Assembly: GCF_000026545.1 (NCBI RefSeq)
Contig: NC_011601.1
From: Escherichia coli O127:H6 str. E2348/69
GTDB taxonomy: Bacteria > Pseudomonadota > Gammaproteobacteria > Enterobacterales > Enterobacteriaceae
Reading direction: 5' to 3' (one strand)
Length of the DNA stretch: 64,000 nucleotides
Shown here: piece by piece, positions 35,902 through 46,791 of the stretch
How positions within the stretch are numbered: the stretch's first letter is position 1
How the letters are laid out: each line of letters starts with the position of its first letter
Notes under the pieces: generated by a model
What the model was told of the DNA's origin: nothing
Seen by the model: only the letters and a program-made list of their open reading frames with translations
The model's database searches: none
Made by a program: the position numbers and the translations under genes

Positions 35902-38376
35902 TTATTGCGGAGTAACATCCTGAGGTCGCCACCAGTATGTCTGGTTAAATTCTTTCTTCGAACGCTGCTCCATCTTACGCAGATAGCCAGGGGAAAAATA
36001 TTCTTGCATCTGATTAAAGATCATATGATCAAGCGCAGCCTTCAGGTACCAGATGTTGGCACCAGGTGTCAGACCTTTTCCAAGCTTAACCAGATCACCA
36101 CCAGTTTGCTCGCTCTTACCTTCTACCGCATTCAGTGGAATACCCTGGCCTATTTTGATAACGTCATCGACCAGGCCAGCCACCGGTCCGAGCATTGAAG
36201 CCAGTGCGCCGCTTCCGTACCGGGTGTGATCAGACAACAGGAAATCACCGTACAGGCCAAGACCGCCGCCTTTCAGCAGAGCACCAAGCCAGAATTTAGC
36301 AGCATCTTCACCGACCATATCCCGCGGATTACGGCCTGATGCCATGTCATTTAGTTGCTGAGAAAGCGCGCCAAGTATTGTCGTGCTGGCTATAAACGTC
36401 GCGATATAAGCAGCCCGCCCACCAGCAGAAGGCATACCCATAGCCCGCGACCAGTGGCGCATCACGACAGAGATCGGGAATGACTTGAACAAGAATACGC
36501 TGCGGGTTAATTCACCTTTCCATGTTCCGCGCTGAATACCTGAACCGGTAACCATCTGCTCACGCGCGCCCGGAGTTATCACAGCCATGTCAACTTCTTC
36601 GGTAACCGCTCCGAGTAACTTACGCATTGCTTCAAACTTCACGCGCTCCGGTGATCCGAGGTGCTCTACAGCAGCATCGGGTATACGCATGATGCTTTCC
36701 GGAGTCAGCATCGTATCGTTGCCTTTCCCCCAGTCCTCCTGTTGCGCCAGTTTCCACACGCTCCAGTCGGTATCGGTGATTCCTTTGCTTTTCAGTATGC
36801 GGAAATCGTCATTAGACAGGCTTTTCAGATCCGGCGTTCTGGTGACAACATCACCAAGACTGCCCATCATAGTGACACCGTAGGCACGCTTGTGCGCGTC
36901 TGACCACGCAGTTAATCCACTGGCGCGCATAACCGCAGTTGCAGCCCACCGGGAGACAGACGGTCCCATATTATCCATCGCCCAGCGGTTAACGCTGCCG
37001 AGCAGTGATTCCATAGCCAAGCCAGCACGACGAGCCCTGGCCAATTCAGTGCGATTCGTTGGGTCCATAGCTTCAAGCTGGTTACGGAATAGCTGATTCA
37101 TCGGAAGGTTGGTAACCTTCGCTGACAGGTACATGGTTCCAAGATCAGAGAACGATGACAACAGAGCAGAACCGAGACGACTGGCAACCATCCAGTTGCG
37201 GATGTTATCCGACCAGCGCGCAATATGCGGGTTTGCAACAGGCTGAGTTTTACCAGAAATAAAGTTATACAGGTTCTCAGTATTGTTTGCCTGGCGCTCT
37301 ATACTACCGGTATCCTGCGGGTTAGCCGTAGCTGTCTCTGATTTCGTCTGATCCAGCAGTGAGCGGAACACATGATCCGGGTTTGGTCCGTAGGTTTCCA
37401 CCAGCGCAATGTCTTTACTGATACCTTCCAGGTGCCCTACCATGATTTCCCAGAGTGACCGGTCGCCGTACATCTGCTGGTACTGAAGGTATGAATCAGC
37501 GTCTTTAAAGTGGATTTGGCGTGAGGCGTTGCCACGGTTTGCCCGCGCACCGGAAATACGCATACCGGTATCAGTGAGTTTATTCAGGCCACCTGTGGCA
37601 ATCGTGTTATAGGCTTCACCGAGAAAAGCTGATAACTCAGTATCATTCATCAACTGGCCGTCGGCGCGTGTGTAATATTTGCGATCGAGTTTACCAATCA
37701 CATCACTTACCCACTTATCCTTCGATACCGCCCCAACCTTTTCCATAGAGTGGTGCTGTGGTATACCCCAGTTTTCCAGATATCCGATATCACCACCAGC
37801 ATCATTAAACCTGCGGCGCAGTAGCTCAGTAACTTCGCCCCAGGCTTTAGCCCCTTTCATGGCTTTCGCATTGCCAGTTTTCTGGCCGCGCATCTCAAAC
37901 ACCAGATCACGGACTCCGGCTTCATCTTCAAACAGACCGAAGAAACGAGGATCAACAGCCTCGAATACCTCCTGTAACTGGCTTAATGCGTAATCACGGG
38001 TCGCTTTCGTGCGTGACTCAACAGACAGAAAGTTTGATTTACCGTCAGCGCTGAAGGCGATCGTGCGGTTGAGTGCGCCTAGCTTTCCGTCAGCACCCTG
38101 ATAACTGTTAATGAAGTTGTCCAGGCGCTGACGCGCTGCGATGGTAAGCGCGACACGGCGTTTTTTCAGTGCCACCTCTCGCTGCAACTCTTCAGCCGCC
38201 AGTTGCCCGGCTCGGCGCAGGCGTTCAGCGTCGTTAAGTTGACGCCATGACATCGGATCGTCACGGGCAATAGATCGCATATTGCGGTAAATGCGGTCTT
38301 CGATATTCTGTATTTCTCGGGCTGTAAGAGTGCGCTGTGCTGCCTGTTGCACGGCCTGAATACATTCCTGTCTCAT
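35902..38376 (-). CDS. Ejection/internal core protein (824 aa)
   Basis: Third of three giant genes between the tail tube and the tailspike. Position equals T7 gp16 / epsilon15 core proteins. No enzymatic motif recognised. Confidence 0.6.
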   Translation of the reverse strand: MRQECIQAVQQAAQRTLTAREIQNIEDRIYRNMRSIARDDPMSWRQLNDAERLRRAGQLAAEELQREVALKKRRVALTIAARQRLDNFINSYQGADGKLGALNRTIAFSADGKSNFLSVESRTKATRDYALSQLQEVFEAVDPRFFGLFEDEAGVRDLVFEMRGQKTGNAKAMKGAKAWGEVTELLRRRFNDAGGDIGYLENWGIPQHHSMEKVGAVSKDKWVSDVIGKLDRKYYTRADGQLMNDTELSAFLGEAYNTIATGGLNKLTDTGMRISGARANRGNASRQIHFKDADSYLQYQQMYGDRSLWEIMVGHLEGISKDIALVETYGPNPDHVFRSLLDQTKSETATANPQDTGSIERQANNTENLYNFISGKTQPVANPHIARWSDNIRNWMVASRLGSALLSSFSDLGTMYLSAKVTNLPMNQLFRNQLEAMDPTNRTELARARRAGLAMESLLGSVNRWAMDNMGPSVSRWAATAVMRASGLTAWSDAHKRAYGVTMMGSLGDVVTRTPDLKSLSNDDFRILKSKGITDTDWSVWKLAQQEDWGKGNDTMLTPESIMRIPDAAVEHLGSPERVKFEAMRKLLGAVTEEVDMAVITPGAREQMVTGSGIQRGTWKGELTRSVFLFKSFPISVVMRHWSRAMGMPSAGGRAAYIATFIASTTILGALSQQLNDMASGRNPRDMVGEDAAKFWLGALLKGGGLGLYGDFLLSDHTRYGSGALASMLGPVAGLVDDVIKIGQGIPLNAVEGKSEQTGGDLVKLGKGLTPGANIWYLKAALDHMIFNQMQEYFSPGYLRKMEQRSKKEFNQTYWWRPQDVTPQ

Positions 38377-38380
38377 TCAA

Positions 38381-40183
38381 TTATCCTCTCAAGAAACACG
38401 CTACAGCCACGTCAAAAAGGCTGGAATCCTGTACTGCCTGCTCATTCTCTCTGCTCACTTCGTCCAGCACTTCCCGAGCGCTGCGCGACTGTGGGTTTCC
38501 GTCATCATCGAGAATGGTGATCATCATGTCAGGTGACTCAACAAGCGAGTCTTCAGCGATACGCAGATCCATATCTCCGGCCTGTTCAGCCGTTGGCCTT
38601 TGCTCTGCATGTCGCAATACAGCACCAGGTTCAAAAGGTGCAGCCTCGTCAGGAGTCCGCACTTCTGCTGTTTTATAGAATGACATGGCCTGTGCGTTAA
38701 GATCGCTTTCTGCCTGCTGGCGTCTGGCTAATTCAGCCCGCGCTTCAAAGTTAACCCCTCCCTCAACATTCGCCGCCAGATTATCCTTTGCCGTCTGTAG
38801 TCTGACCGACTCGTCATTGATACGCTGGTCAATATCACGCAGCCTTTCCTGACGCGCTGCACGTGAACGTGATAATTCACGTCCGCTGCCTGAAGGTTGT
38901 TCGTTCAGGACTCCTGAGCGTTCCTGGTTGAGTGTTTCAATGGATCTCTCGATGCCAGCGATATCAGTCTGCAACTGATTAACCTGCTCAACGTCTAAAG
39001 CCTGAGCCGCTTGCTGTTCCAGCGCTCTGGTATCAACAGCTATCTGAGTGCTTCCTTCTTCAGAGCGATACAGGGTTTCATCTATGGCCTGAGAAATAAG
39101 GTTTCTCCTCCCAGGAATATCGCTAAATGATGCTGGTTCGGCAATGCTGGCCACATCAACTGCACGACCCTGGCTTACATCGTTCATTGCTTTCTGTAGC
39201 GCCTGTATATGCGCATCACGTGACAGAACATTAACCGGAACACCAGGAGCAACATCGATCTCAGCGTGATGTGAGGCATTTGCTGCCAGCGCTGCATCCA
39301 CCTCCGCTGGGGAAAATTCAGGAGTTGCAGCGCTCTCACCGCGGGCGTTCAGGAACCTACCTACACCACCAAATGCCACACCAAGAACCGCATCGATGGC
39401 GATAGACTGGCGATCAAACACATCGTACTGAGCCGCCATTTCGTTATAACCACCATCACGCAGCGTCTTTGCAGTCAGCCCACGCTGGGCCATCCCAAAG
39501 GCAATGTTAGTTCCGGCTGCGTATGCGATATCTGGAGCAGCGCGAACAGCAGTAGCTGCAACATTACGCACAGCACTTTCACCTGTCCTCGCTAGTTGTG
39601 CGCCAACACTTTCTGCCAGCGCACCACCAGCGCGCAGACCGAGGCTCATAGGGATCAATGTACCAGCGCCAGCAGTGACACCCTGCACCAGACCAGCTTC
39701 CTGAGCGGTCCTGAAATCTACGCCCTGAGCAGTCAATTTCTCAAACTCAGAGAAGCCCTGCAGTGCAGTGACGGCAGCAGCACCACCGGCTGGACCGGCC
39801 AGCAGCGTACCAACGACAGCCTGCCCGCCCATATCGAACAGACCATTCAGTACCTGACCAGCAGTTCCTGTTGTGGCGGCGTCAGGAGTCAGGCGCTTAA
39901 CTTGCTGCTCTGCGAGTTTTCGCTGTTCGCCGATGTATTCAGCCGATGTATCATTGATGGAAGTGTTTTCGTTAACAAACTTAGCGATGGGTGAAACGAT
40001 CTTATCCATTCCAGCCCAAAGAAGCTGGTCTGGTTTGGCAACCAGTCCAGAGTAAAGGCCCGAAACAGCAGCAGTACCTGAGTTATCGAAGAAACCGACA
40101 TCGGTATTAAACCCTGCTGGGTTAGATGCCGCTTCATCCAGTTGCTGATTCTGGTTAACTGCGTTGAGACCAAAGTAACTCAT
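38381..40183 (-). CDS. Ejection/internal core protein (600 aa), Ala/Gly-rich N-half, coiled-coil C-half
   Basis: Large ORF overlapping the upstream gene stop by 4 nt. Composition typical of internal virion proteins. Confidence 0.6.
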   Translation of the reverse strand: MSYFGLNAVNQNQQLDEAASNPAGFNTDVGFFDNSGTAAVSGLYSGLVAKPDQLLWAGMDKIVSPIAKFVNENTSINDTSAEYIGEQRKLAEQQVKRLTPDAATTGTAGQVLNGLFDMGGQAVVGTLLAGPAGGAAAVTALQGFSEFEKLTAQGVDFRTAQEAGLVQGVTAGAGTLIPMSLGLRAGGALAESVGAQLARTGESAVRNVAATAVRAAPDIAYAAGTNIAFGMAQRGLTAKTLRDGGYNEMAAQYDVFDRQSIAIDAVLGVAFGGVGRFLNARGESAATPEFSPAEVDAALAANASHHAEIDVAPGVPVNVLSRDAHIQALQKAMNDVSQGRAVDVASIAEPASFSDIPGRRNLISQAIDETLYRSEEGSTQIAVDTRALEQQAAQALDVEQVNQLQTDIAGIERSIETLNQERSGVLNEQPSGSGRELSRSRAARQERLRDIDQRINDESVRLQTAKDNLAANVEGGVNFEARAELARRQQAESDLNAQAMSFYKTAEVRTPDEAAPFEPGAVLRHAEQRPTAEQAGDMDLRIAEDSLVESPDMMITILDDDGNPQSRSAREVLDEVSRENEQAVQDSSLFDVAVACFLRG

Positions 40184-42690
40184 TGCGGGATCCCCTCTGA
40201 GAATCTCTGGCGCTGTTGGGTAAGGTCGATGACGACAGGAGTTCCATCATCTTTCAGCAAATACCCAGTGCCGAGTTTCACCAGATACTGGCTATCTCCA
40301 TAGCTTTGCAGACCGTACTGGCCTGGCGGTGCTTTAATTCCTGCGCCAGTCACCTGAGTTTTCCATGCCTGATCAACTTGTTTATCAAATTGTTCGGCAG
40401 ACATCCCCCAAGGCAAAAGAACACTTCCCATGCCGTTATAATCGTGCACGCCACCAGTAGCTACGTTAACAGCCTGCTTCCATGTGTCACTGTCAACTTC
40501 ACCCGAAACCACACCCTTCTTCGCCATCACCCCAGCGTAATAGTCCTTTGCTATCTCATAGGCCATTGATGCACCCTGCGCGTCACCGGCAAACGCATCC
40601 TTCACCATGTCAGAAAACTCTAGTCGCAGATCGTTATCCTTCGGCATTGGTATGCCCTTAGCATCATCAGTTCCTTTACGAGCCGCGGCACCGGACAGGA
40701 TGGTTTGCGCTGCTGTTTCTGGTGATACAGAAACATCAGGGTTAAACCAGTTTTTCTCAGCTACCACTCCTCCTGGCTTATCCATCAGGATCCCAGCTAC
40801 TGCTGCTGATGGCGCATTGGTGCTTATCTGCTGAAGCGCTGACATATATACCTGACCGCCCCCGGTGCTCTGCCGAATGGTGTCGAGATATGCAGTCTGC
40901 TGAGAAACTGGTGCATCGCGGAAGAAAGCCCCGATCTGATTCGCCTCTTCTTTGGAAAAGAACGTCAGCGGCGTACCGTATGACTTAGCCAGATCTACAG
41001 CCTGAGAAGCCCGAAGGGAAATCGTCTGGCCGAAATTGTTCTGGTTGGTCATATCAATAGGCTTTGTTTGACCGGAAGAAAGTGAAAACTGAATTGGGTC
41101 TGCTTTACGTTGCGCAAGAACAGTACTGGCAGCAGAGACAACGGCGTCATAGGTTTGGGCGCGCGCTGCATATCCTTCGCCAGTTTCACCAGTATCTGGC
41201 TTCAGATTTTCTACTGCTGCCTGAATGCTGCTGGTCGGCATGTTGCGAAACGATCCTATGTACTGCCCTGCGATCTGCGTGTTGCGAAACTCGGTATAGC
41301 GTAGATTTCCCTCCCGCACGCCGTAGGCGGCGAGGAAGTCGTTCTGCGTAGGCGCGTTCGGGAAATCAACTCCGCGCATGTATGCCGCGCTGGCATCGCG
41401 TACGCGGCTGTCGATATTGGTGCGGTATTCAGCCTGCTGCTGTTTACGGATCTGGTCAGCCTGGCGAAGGAATGTCGCCTGGGCCTCCGGAGATGCTGCA
41501 TCGAATGCCGCATTGCCGGTATAGCGCTTTGTGCTGGTTGGAAGTTGAGAGAGGCCAATTGCCGCGCTAACACCGGTAGCAAGTTGCTGATCGCTGTACG
41601 GCTGACTGCCGTTCTCATGTTGGATAATGGAGGCACACAAAGCCTTTAGCGTATCAGGGTTTGAGGCATCAAGCGGCTGGTCAGGCGTCACACCGAGTTG
41701 AGCACATACTGCCTGAATATAGGCGTCAGTGTTGTTATTGTCAGACGGCGGTGCCCAGCGATTAATGATGTCGTTTACAGTATCAATACCCTGTCTCTGG
41801 TATGACAGCAGGTTGCGTCCAAGCGCCCGAATGCCGTGTTCTGGCGTTTCGAATTTTGCAAATCGACCATCATCACCGGTCTGGCCCACCCACGGATTGG
41901 TTTTGCTGTATTCGAGGTTTCCTGGGTTGTTGTTGCGAATGCCACGGGCGCTATCACCAGAACCACCTTCTGATACTGCACGGCGGGAACCAGTAACTGT
42001 ATCGCTTAACTCGCCATTGCTCTGGATGAACTCGATCGAATTATTTGCCGACCACTGAGAAAGGGAAGCATCGGCGACCTTCTCTTTGAACTCAATCTTT
42101 TTGGCCTGAATCTGTTCAGAACTCCAGCCATGAGCGGAGCCATAATCTTCGATCTGCTGGAAAGTCTGCTGGTTGTAGAGAACATAATTGGCATTATCAC
42201 CATAGGCGGCAGCAGCCAGTTTTCCGTTGTTCGCCAGAGTCGCCTGGAACTGACCTTCTTCATAGGCATTGAGTTGGCTTATCTCATGCCTGCCAGCCTG
42301 GGTGGTGAACTGAATGCGCTGCTGCTGAGCCTGCTGTATAAATCCAGCCCGGGCACCTTCCGGCAATGTCATCGCGATCTGCTCTGCCTGAGCATCGAAT
42401 TGCTGGGTATAAACCTGCCCCTTGCCAAGAGCGTTCTTACCCTGCATGTTTAGAAGCCCGGTATCCGGGTTGGTTAGCAGATCACTGGAAATCTGGCTGA
42501 GTTGCAATGATGCATCCTGAGCCTGAGCAACATCCGCGCGCTGTTTTGCCTGAGCAAAAACATCAAGTGCTTTACCACCAACCTGCGTCAGGGCATCTCC
42601 GATATTTGGCTGATCGAATGCCTGAAAACCAGGAGACTGAAACCCTCTGCTTTCGACCTGACGACCGGTGACTGTTGGTACTGTTGGCAT
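40180..42690 (-). CDS. Ejection/internal core protein (836 aa) with possible muralytic segment
   Basis: Contains ARGIRNNNPGNLEY...HGIRALGRNLLSY. I recall this motif from phage virion-associated cell-wall-active proteins (uncertain). Confidence 0.55.
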   Translation of the reverse strand: MPTVPTVTGRQVESRGFQSPGFQAFDQPNIGDALTQVGGKALDVFAQAKQRADVAQAQDASLQLSQISSDLLTNPDTGLLNMQGKNALGKGQVYTQQFDAQAEQIAMTLPEGARAGFIQQAQQQRIQFTTQAGRHEISQLNAYEEGQFQATLANNGKLAAAAYGDNANYVLYNQQTFQQIEDYGSAHGWSSEQIQAKKIEFKEKVADASLSQWSANNSIEFIQSNGELSDTVTGSRRAVSEGGSGDSARGIRNNNPGNLEYSKTNPWVGQTGDDGRFAKFETPEHGIRALGRNLLSYQRQGIDTVNDIINRWAPPSDNNNTDAYIQAVCAQLGVTPDQPLDASNPDTLKALCASIIQHENGSQPYSDQQLATGVSAAIGLSQLPTSTKRYTGNAAFDAASPEAQATFLRQADQIRKQQQAEYRTNIDSRVRDASAAYMRGVDFPNAPTQNDFLAAYGVREGNLRYTEFRNTQIAGQYIGSFRNMPTSSIQAAVENLKPDTGETGEGYAARAQTYDAVVSAASTVLAQRKADPIQFSLSSGQTKPIDMTNQNNFGQTISLRASQAVDLAKSYGTPLTFFSKEEANQIGAFFRDAPVSQQTAYLDTIRQSTGGGQVYMSALQQISTNAPSAAVAGILMDKPGGVVAEKNWFNPDVSVSPETAAQTILSGAAARKGTDDAKGIPMPKDNDLRLEFSDMVKDAFAGDAQGASMAYEIAKDYYAGVMAKKGVVSGEVDSDTWKQAVNVATGGVHDYNGMGSVLLPWGMSAEQFDKQVDQAWKTQVTGAGIKAPPGQYGLQSYGDSQYLVKLGTGYLLKDDGTPVVIDLTQQRQRFSEGIPQ

Positions 42691-42702
42691 TTCTATGTCT
42701 CC

Positions 42703-43245
42703 TTATCGACCGGTTGGTGTGCCGATGGCAGCGCTGATCGGTGCCGCTTTGCTTTGAGTGAATGGTGACCACGTTCCGCCGCCCATCTGGTAAGCGCCGT
42801 ATGCCTGAAGTGGAGCAGTCAGCAGTGTGGTAAATGCGCCCATATTCCCCTGCTTGCGTGCTGAGCTGGCCTGAGCTTTGTAGTTTTCAGCCTGAACCTG
42901 AAAGCCATATGCTTCACGCTGAGCGTTATTAACCGTAGTCAGCGCATCAAGCGCGCCAAACTGAGCTGTATCGCCAAAGATATCAAGCGCTCCACCAGTG
43001 GAAAGATCTGCGCCAGTTGCGCCCATGGTTGCCGCCTGGGTGCCAGCAGCCTGGCGGTTACGACGACGAACCTCATCAGCCTGAGCATTACCACGGTTGA
43101 TAGAATCCTGTGCCTGTGCCGTGGCCACTTCTGCATTTTGCTCGGCTACAGCAGACGAATACTTACCTTGCTGGTACTGGTTGTATGCTGAAACGCCACT
43201 TAATGCGACACTGGCGCCAGCGAGAGCGATAGCCGGGCTGCACAT
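42703..43245 (-). CDS. Internal virion protein (180 aa, Ala/Gln/Gly-rich)
   Basis: Position equals T7 gp14. Low-complexity helical sequence. Confidence 0.5.
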   Translation of the reverse strand: MCSPAIALAGASVALSGVSAYNQYQQGKYSSAVAEQNAEVATAQAQDSINRGNAQADEVRRRNRQAAGTQAATMGATGADLSTGGALDIFGDTAQFGALDALTTVNNAQREAYGFQVQAENYKAQASSARKQGNMGAFTTLLTAPLQAYGAYQMGGGTWSPFTQSKAAPISAAIGTPTGR

Positions 43246-43709
43246 TATTTTCTCTCCATGTGGAAACGGTGAAACGGTAGGTTTTTAATGCCGTATGGCT
43301 GAGGTTCATCGATGGTGAATCCCAGCCAGTGAAGCCAGATGCGCGCTGTGTGGTTGCGTGCATCAACATAATTTTCAAGATACGGGTAAACAGTCAGCAT
43401 TGCATTGACCACTTTTCCGCACCGACGCAGGAAAGTACGCTGGTATTTCTCCAGCGCGTCAGTGCCCACCAGCCATGGGATACCACTGCCGCCGATCATC
43501 GATGCCGGTGCTACGCCAAAGACAGTCACTACTTCACCGTTAATCAATCCGGCACAGCAAAATGTTGACGTGCGTAGACCGGTCTCCAGCACGCGGCGCG
43601 GACTCCAACCGTTGGTTGCCAGAAACTCATCGATATCAGCCTGGCGAACAAGCGGAATAATGGCTTCGATATGCTCTGCTGTAGCGGGTACGATCTGAGC
43701 TTTAATCAT
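43245..43709 (-). CDS. Virion assembly/internal protein (154 aa), function unknown
   Basis: Position equals T7 gp13. ATGA-type coupling on both sides. Confidence 0.45.
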   Translation of the reverse strand: MIKAQIVPATAEHIEAIIPLVRQADIDEFLATNGWSPRRVLETGLRTSTFCCAGLINGEVVTVFGVAPASMIGGSGIPWLVGTDALEKYQRTFLRRCGKVVNAMLTVYPYLENYVDARNHTARIWLHWLGFTIDEPQPYGIKNLPFHRFHMERK

Positions 43710-46186
43710 CAGAAGCCTCCGACGGTGAGGCGAGGCAATACAGCAAGAACAGAAAGCGGGAGTGGGTCAAGCTGGCGAACCTTAACGCGTCCGTTTTTAT
43801 CCCAGTTGCTGTCGAGTTTCACTTCAACCTTGCCTGTAGCATCATCAACAGGATCGTCGTAGAACTCAAATTCACGCTGCGGATATTCATACCAGGTTCC
43901 GCCAGGAGTTGTTGCCCAGATTCCACGGCTTGCGTTGACCACCATCGTGACAGTAGGAATGACCTGCTTTTTATCCAGCAGTGTTTCCTGCCCGTTGATG
44001 TTGATATCCAGTGTTTCGAATTCAGCGGTGATAGGCAATCCAATATGCACAACTGCACCTGGTGACTCCAGCGTGACTGAGCCACCAGTGACAACCTTCT
44101 GAGGCTCAACGCTCGCGTCTGAAAGAATGTTGACTGTCTGGCCTTCGAGATGCGACAGTCCGCTGAATGTCTGGCGCGCCATTTGCCAGTTAGTTGTGGC
44201 CACATTGCGAAGCGCAGGTGGCACGTTTCGATTGAATCGGACGGTAACCGCGGTATTGCTGGTTACAGAGATGATATCGCCTCGCAGCTCTTTAGCCACC
44301 GGTTCGTTGGTGTCTGGATCTGTTCCGGTATATGGGAACTGAATCTGAGCGCCTACATCAGTATTAACGAAATACGCACCACCGCTTACTGTAACCGGGT
44401 AATCAACCTGATAGTTCCAGTCACCGGTGCCTCCACTGATGGTCATTGTGCGTGATGATGTATTGCGCCCGTCGTAGCTCAGTCCGCAGTCTACAAAGAA
44501 TGCGTCTTCATCATTGGTGAACAGGCGACTGGAAAGGCGTTCGATGTAACGTACGGTCTGCCCATTGATATTACGGTTAACCACGAAGTAAACAGCATCC
44601 TCGCTGCCTTCACTGATTGAGCATGTGCTTTCGTACTTCCCGGAGCTGGATTGTGGTGCCCATGCGAAAACCTGCTGATCGCGCAGATAGGTGAGCACCA
44701 GCAACTTGCCGTCATCCCGAATGCAGAAAGCGCTGCTGTACGGCACAATGCAGAATGACCAGTCGACAATGCTATGCTTCTGGAACAGGTGGTTTGCCAG
44801 TATGGTCAGGTCAGTTCCCTGATATCCGTCAACGTCGAAAGAGTAGGCCAGATCGCGCACAACGCTGCCTTTCTCCTGGATGAACAACGCGATATTGGCC
44901 ACGGCGATAGGTGGTACGTTACTTGATCCGTTATTCCCCTGAGAGCTGAACGAGAACGCCGATGGCGTGAGGACCTTATTCTGGTCCCCGGATATCGTAT
45001 ATTCCCCGCCAGATGTCAGAGCGACCAGGTTACCAACATCAATAAGGTGACGGATCTCATTCACCTGACGCCCTGCGTAGGTGTAGATGATGCGATCGTC
45101 ATCCTGAATAGGGTTGTTCTTACCGAAGTCTTTATAGTCTCCGGTGCGGCTTGCCCAGATGGTTTGTGGATATGCGGTAGACGCGGCAAAGTACAGGCGC
45201 TGCTGGTAGTAAACAACGGTACTAGGGTAGCCGTTAACGCTGTTCCACGCATATTTCGCCCACTTATAACTGGCGTTAGCGGATCCAACAACCTGAGATG
45301 GAATGAACGAAACCACATCGGCAGTTGCTGTGAGGCCATCGCCAGACACTGCTGTTATTTTTGCAATGCCGAAACCGCTGTGCAGGTACTCCCACTGGAT
45401 CCCGGTATCATCTGATCCGGTACCGCCCCATCCATCCCAAGACATACCTTCAGTGTGAGACGGGCGAAGGGTCCCGGTCTTACCTGCAGTATTCGCGCGG
45501 TAGTAGTTGCTGTCTGCACGACGAACGTCGTTTATTGCTGTGGTTTTACTGGTTTCCCATACTGGGACGGAATCAACCGCGGGCTGCTCGAGATAGAACA
45601 GTTTTCCTACCTGTTCAGCACCGAAGATTGCAGAACTGGCCGTTAGTGTAATTGTTCCGGTGCTGGCGCTGGCGTAGACCTTCACAGTATCGTCAACGTT
45701 GATATCTTCGAACGGCCCGTTTTTGGTGGTGACATCGACGATCTGCCAGTTGTCGTGCGCATAGCGGCGCAGTTCTTTCGGAGGGTATGCGGGATGCACC
45801 AGCGTCAGAACGTCGGCGCTCTGCGTGAATTTAATACGGAAAAGGTCAGTGTCAGCATACGGCATCGCCAGCTCATAAATCACATTGCTGGTCGTCAGAA
45901 CATACTCGCCGTCTTTGATAACGCGCATATAGTTGTGCCCGAACTCCAGAGCATAGGTCTGTACGGTCGAGAACTGGAACGGGATTAACCGGCACTTGCG
46001 ATCAGGGTATTTAGCAGGACCAACAAAGCGCGTACCTGGCCTGTTCTCTACACCGCCATATTGGCGAACAATGAAGTTATCGCACTTGCGCAGTGCCACC
46101 TGATACTTTGACATATCAATGCGGCCATACAGTGACGGACCAATTTCACCACCGGCAAAGCTCGGTTGAATCCAGCTAAAAGCCAT
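43709..46186 (-). CDS. Tail tube/nozzle protein (T7 gp12-like position, 825 aa)
   Basis: Size and order (201-aa then 825-aa genes after the head genes) parallel T7 tail tubular proteins A/B. Confidence 0.65.
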   Translation of the reverse strand: MAFSWIQPSFAGGEIGPSLYGRIDMSKYQVALRKCDNFIVRQYGGVENRPGTRFVGPAKYPDRKCRLIPFQFSTVQTYALEFGHNYMRVIKDGEYVLTTSNVIYELAMPYADTDLFRIKFTQSADVLTLVHPAYPPKELRRYAHDNWQIVDVTTKNGPFEDINVDDTVKVYASASTGTITLTASSAIFGAEQVGKLFYLEQPAVDSVPVWETSKTTAINDVRRADSNYYRANTAGKTGTLRPSHTEGMSWDGWGGTGSDDTGIQWEYLHSGFGIAKITAVSGDGLTATADVVSFIPSQVVGSANASYKWAKYAWNSVNGYPSTVVYYQQRLYFAASTAYPQTIWASRTGDYKDFGKNNPIQDDDRIIYTYAGRQVNEIRHLIDVGNLVALTSGGEYTISGDQNKVLTPSAFSFSSQGNNGSSNVPPIAVANIALFIQEKGSVVRDLAYSFDVDGYQGTDLTILANHLFQKHSIVDWSFCIVPYSSAFCIRDDGKLLVLTYLRDQQVFAWAPQSSSGKYESTCSISEGSEDAVYFVVNRNINGQTVRYIERLSSRLFTNDEDAFFVDCGLSYDGRNTSSRTMTISGGTGDWNYQVDYPVTVSGGAYFVNTDVGAQIQFPYTGTDPDTNEPVAKELRGDIISVTSNTAVTVRFNRNVPPALRNVATTNWQMARQTFSGLSHLEGQTVNILSDASVEPQKVVTGGSVTLESPGAVVHIGLPITAEFETLDININGQETLLDKKQVIPTVTMVVNASRGIWATTPGGTWYEYPQREFEFYDDPVDDATGKVEVKLDSNWDKNGRVKVRQLDPLPLSVLAVLPRLTVGGF

Positions 46187-46791
46187 TATGACAACCTCGC
46201 TGCTGTGAACTCATCTACCGGCGGTTGTGGCTCCTGTGATTCGTTCTGGCTATGTGAGCCAGCGCTCAGGATCACACGGTTGTACATCGTCAGTGCATTG
46301 TTACCGAGATCTGCGCTACCGGTCAGCGCCATATTAATTGCAGCAGCCAGACGCCAGGAAAGCGCCTCCATAAAAATGGCATCATACATATTGACGTCAG
46401 TAACCCGCGCCACGTACTTCAACCACGCTTTCGGCTGATCGGTGTAAATGAGCTTACCTGTCAGTTCCTCATTGGAACCGACAACATATTCAATGCGCTG
46501 CGCAGCGGTAGGATTACGTATGCCGGTCGGCATGATCTCAGTTATACGGACGCAATCAGATGGGTACTGGTAAGCGTACTGCCAGTCAGGAGGCGGGTTA
46601 TTGGTATCAGCCAGCGCCACGCGTTTGGTAGCAAAGTTCCAGTCGAAGTCAGCCAGAGCAGCATCACGACATGCATCAAAATGCAGGGAGCACTGCCCGG
46701 CCTCTTTGCTGGCTTCATTCAGGCTGTTAATGCTACGACTGTTGCCGATATTGCTCAGCGCGCGGTTGCAGATCTCGATAACAGAAGCCAT
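46186..46791 (-). CDS. Tail adaptor/tubular protein A (T7 gp11-like position, 201 aa)
   Basis: Order and size. Coupled to the downstream 825-aa gene. Confidence 0.6.
   Translation of the reverse strand: MASVIEICNRALSNIGNSRSINSLNEASKEAGQCSLHFDACRDAALADFDWNFATKRVALADTNNPPPDWQYAYQYPSDCVRITEIMPTGIRNPTAAQRIEYVVGSNEELTGKLIYTDQPKAWLKYVARVTDVNMYDAIFMEALSWRLAAAINMALTGSADLGNNALTMYNRVILSAGSHSQNESQEPQPPVDEFTAARLS

Noticed and set aside
35701-36198. 165-aa plus-strand ORF overlapping the end of the 824-aa ejection gene
   Set aside because: It runs antisense through the terminator, the 46-aa small ORF and the 3' end of a well-supported structural gene. It has no RBS.
43245-43709. Annotating the 154-aa tail-module protein as a GNAT acetyltransferase
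   Set aside because: I have a vague recollection of acetyltransferase-fold proteins at this position in podoviruses. However, I cannot find the Q/RxxGxG/A acetyl-CoA motif in the sequence, so the function is left unknown.
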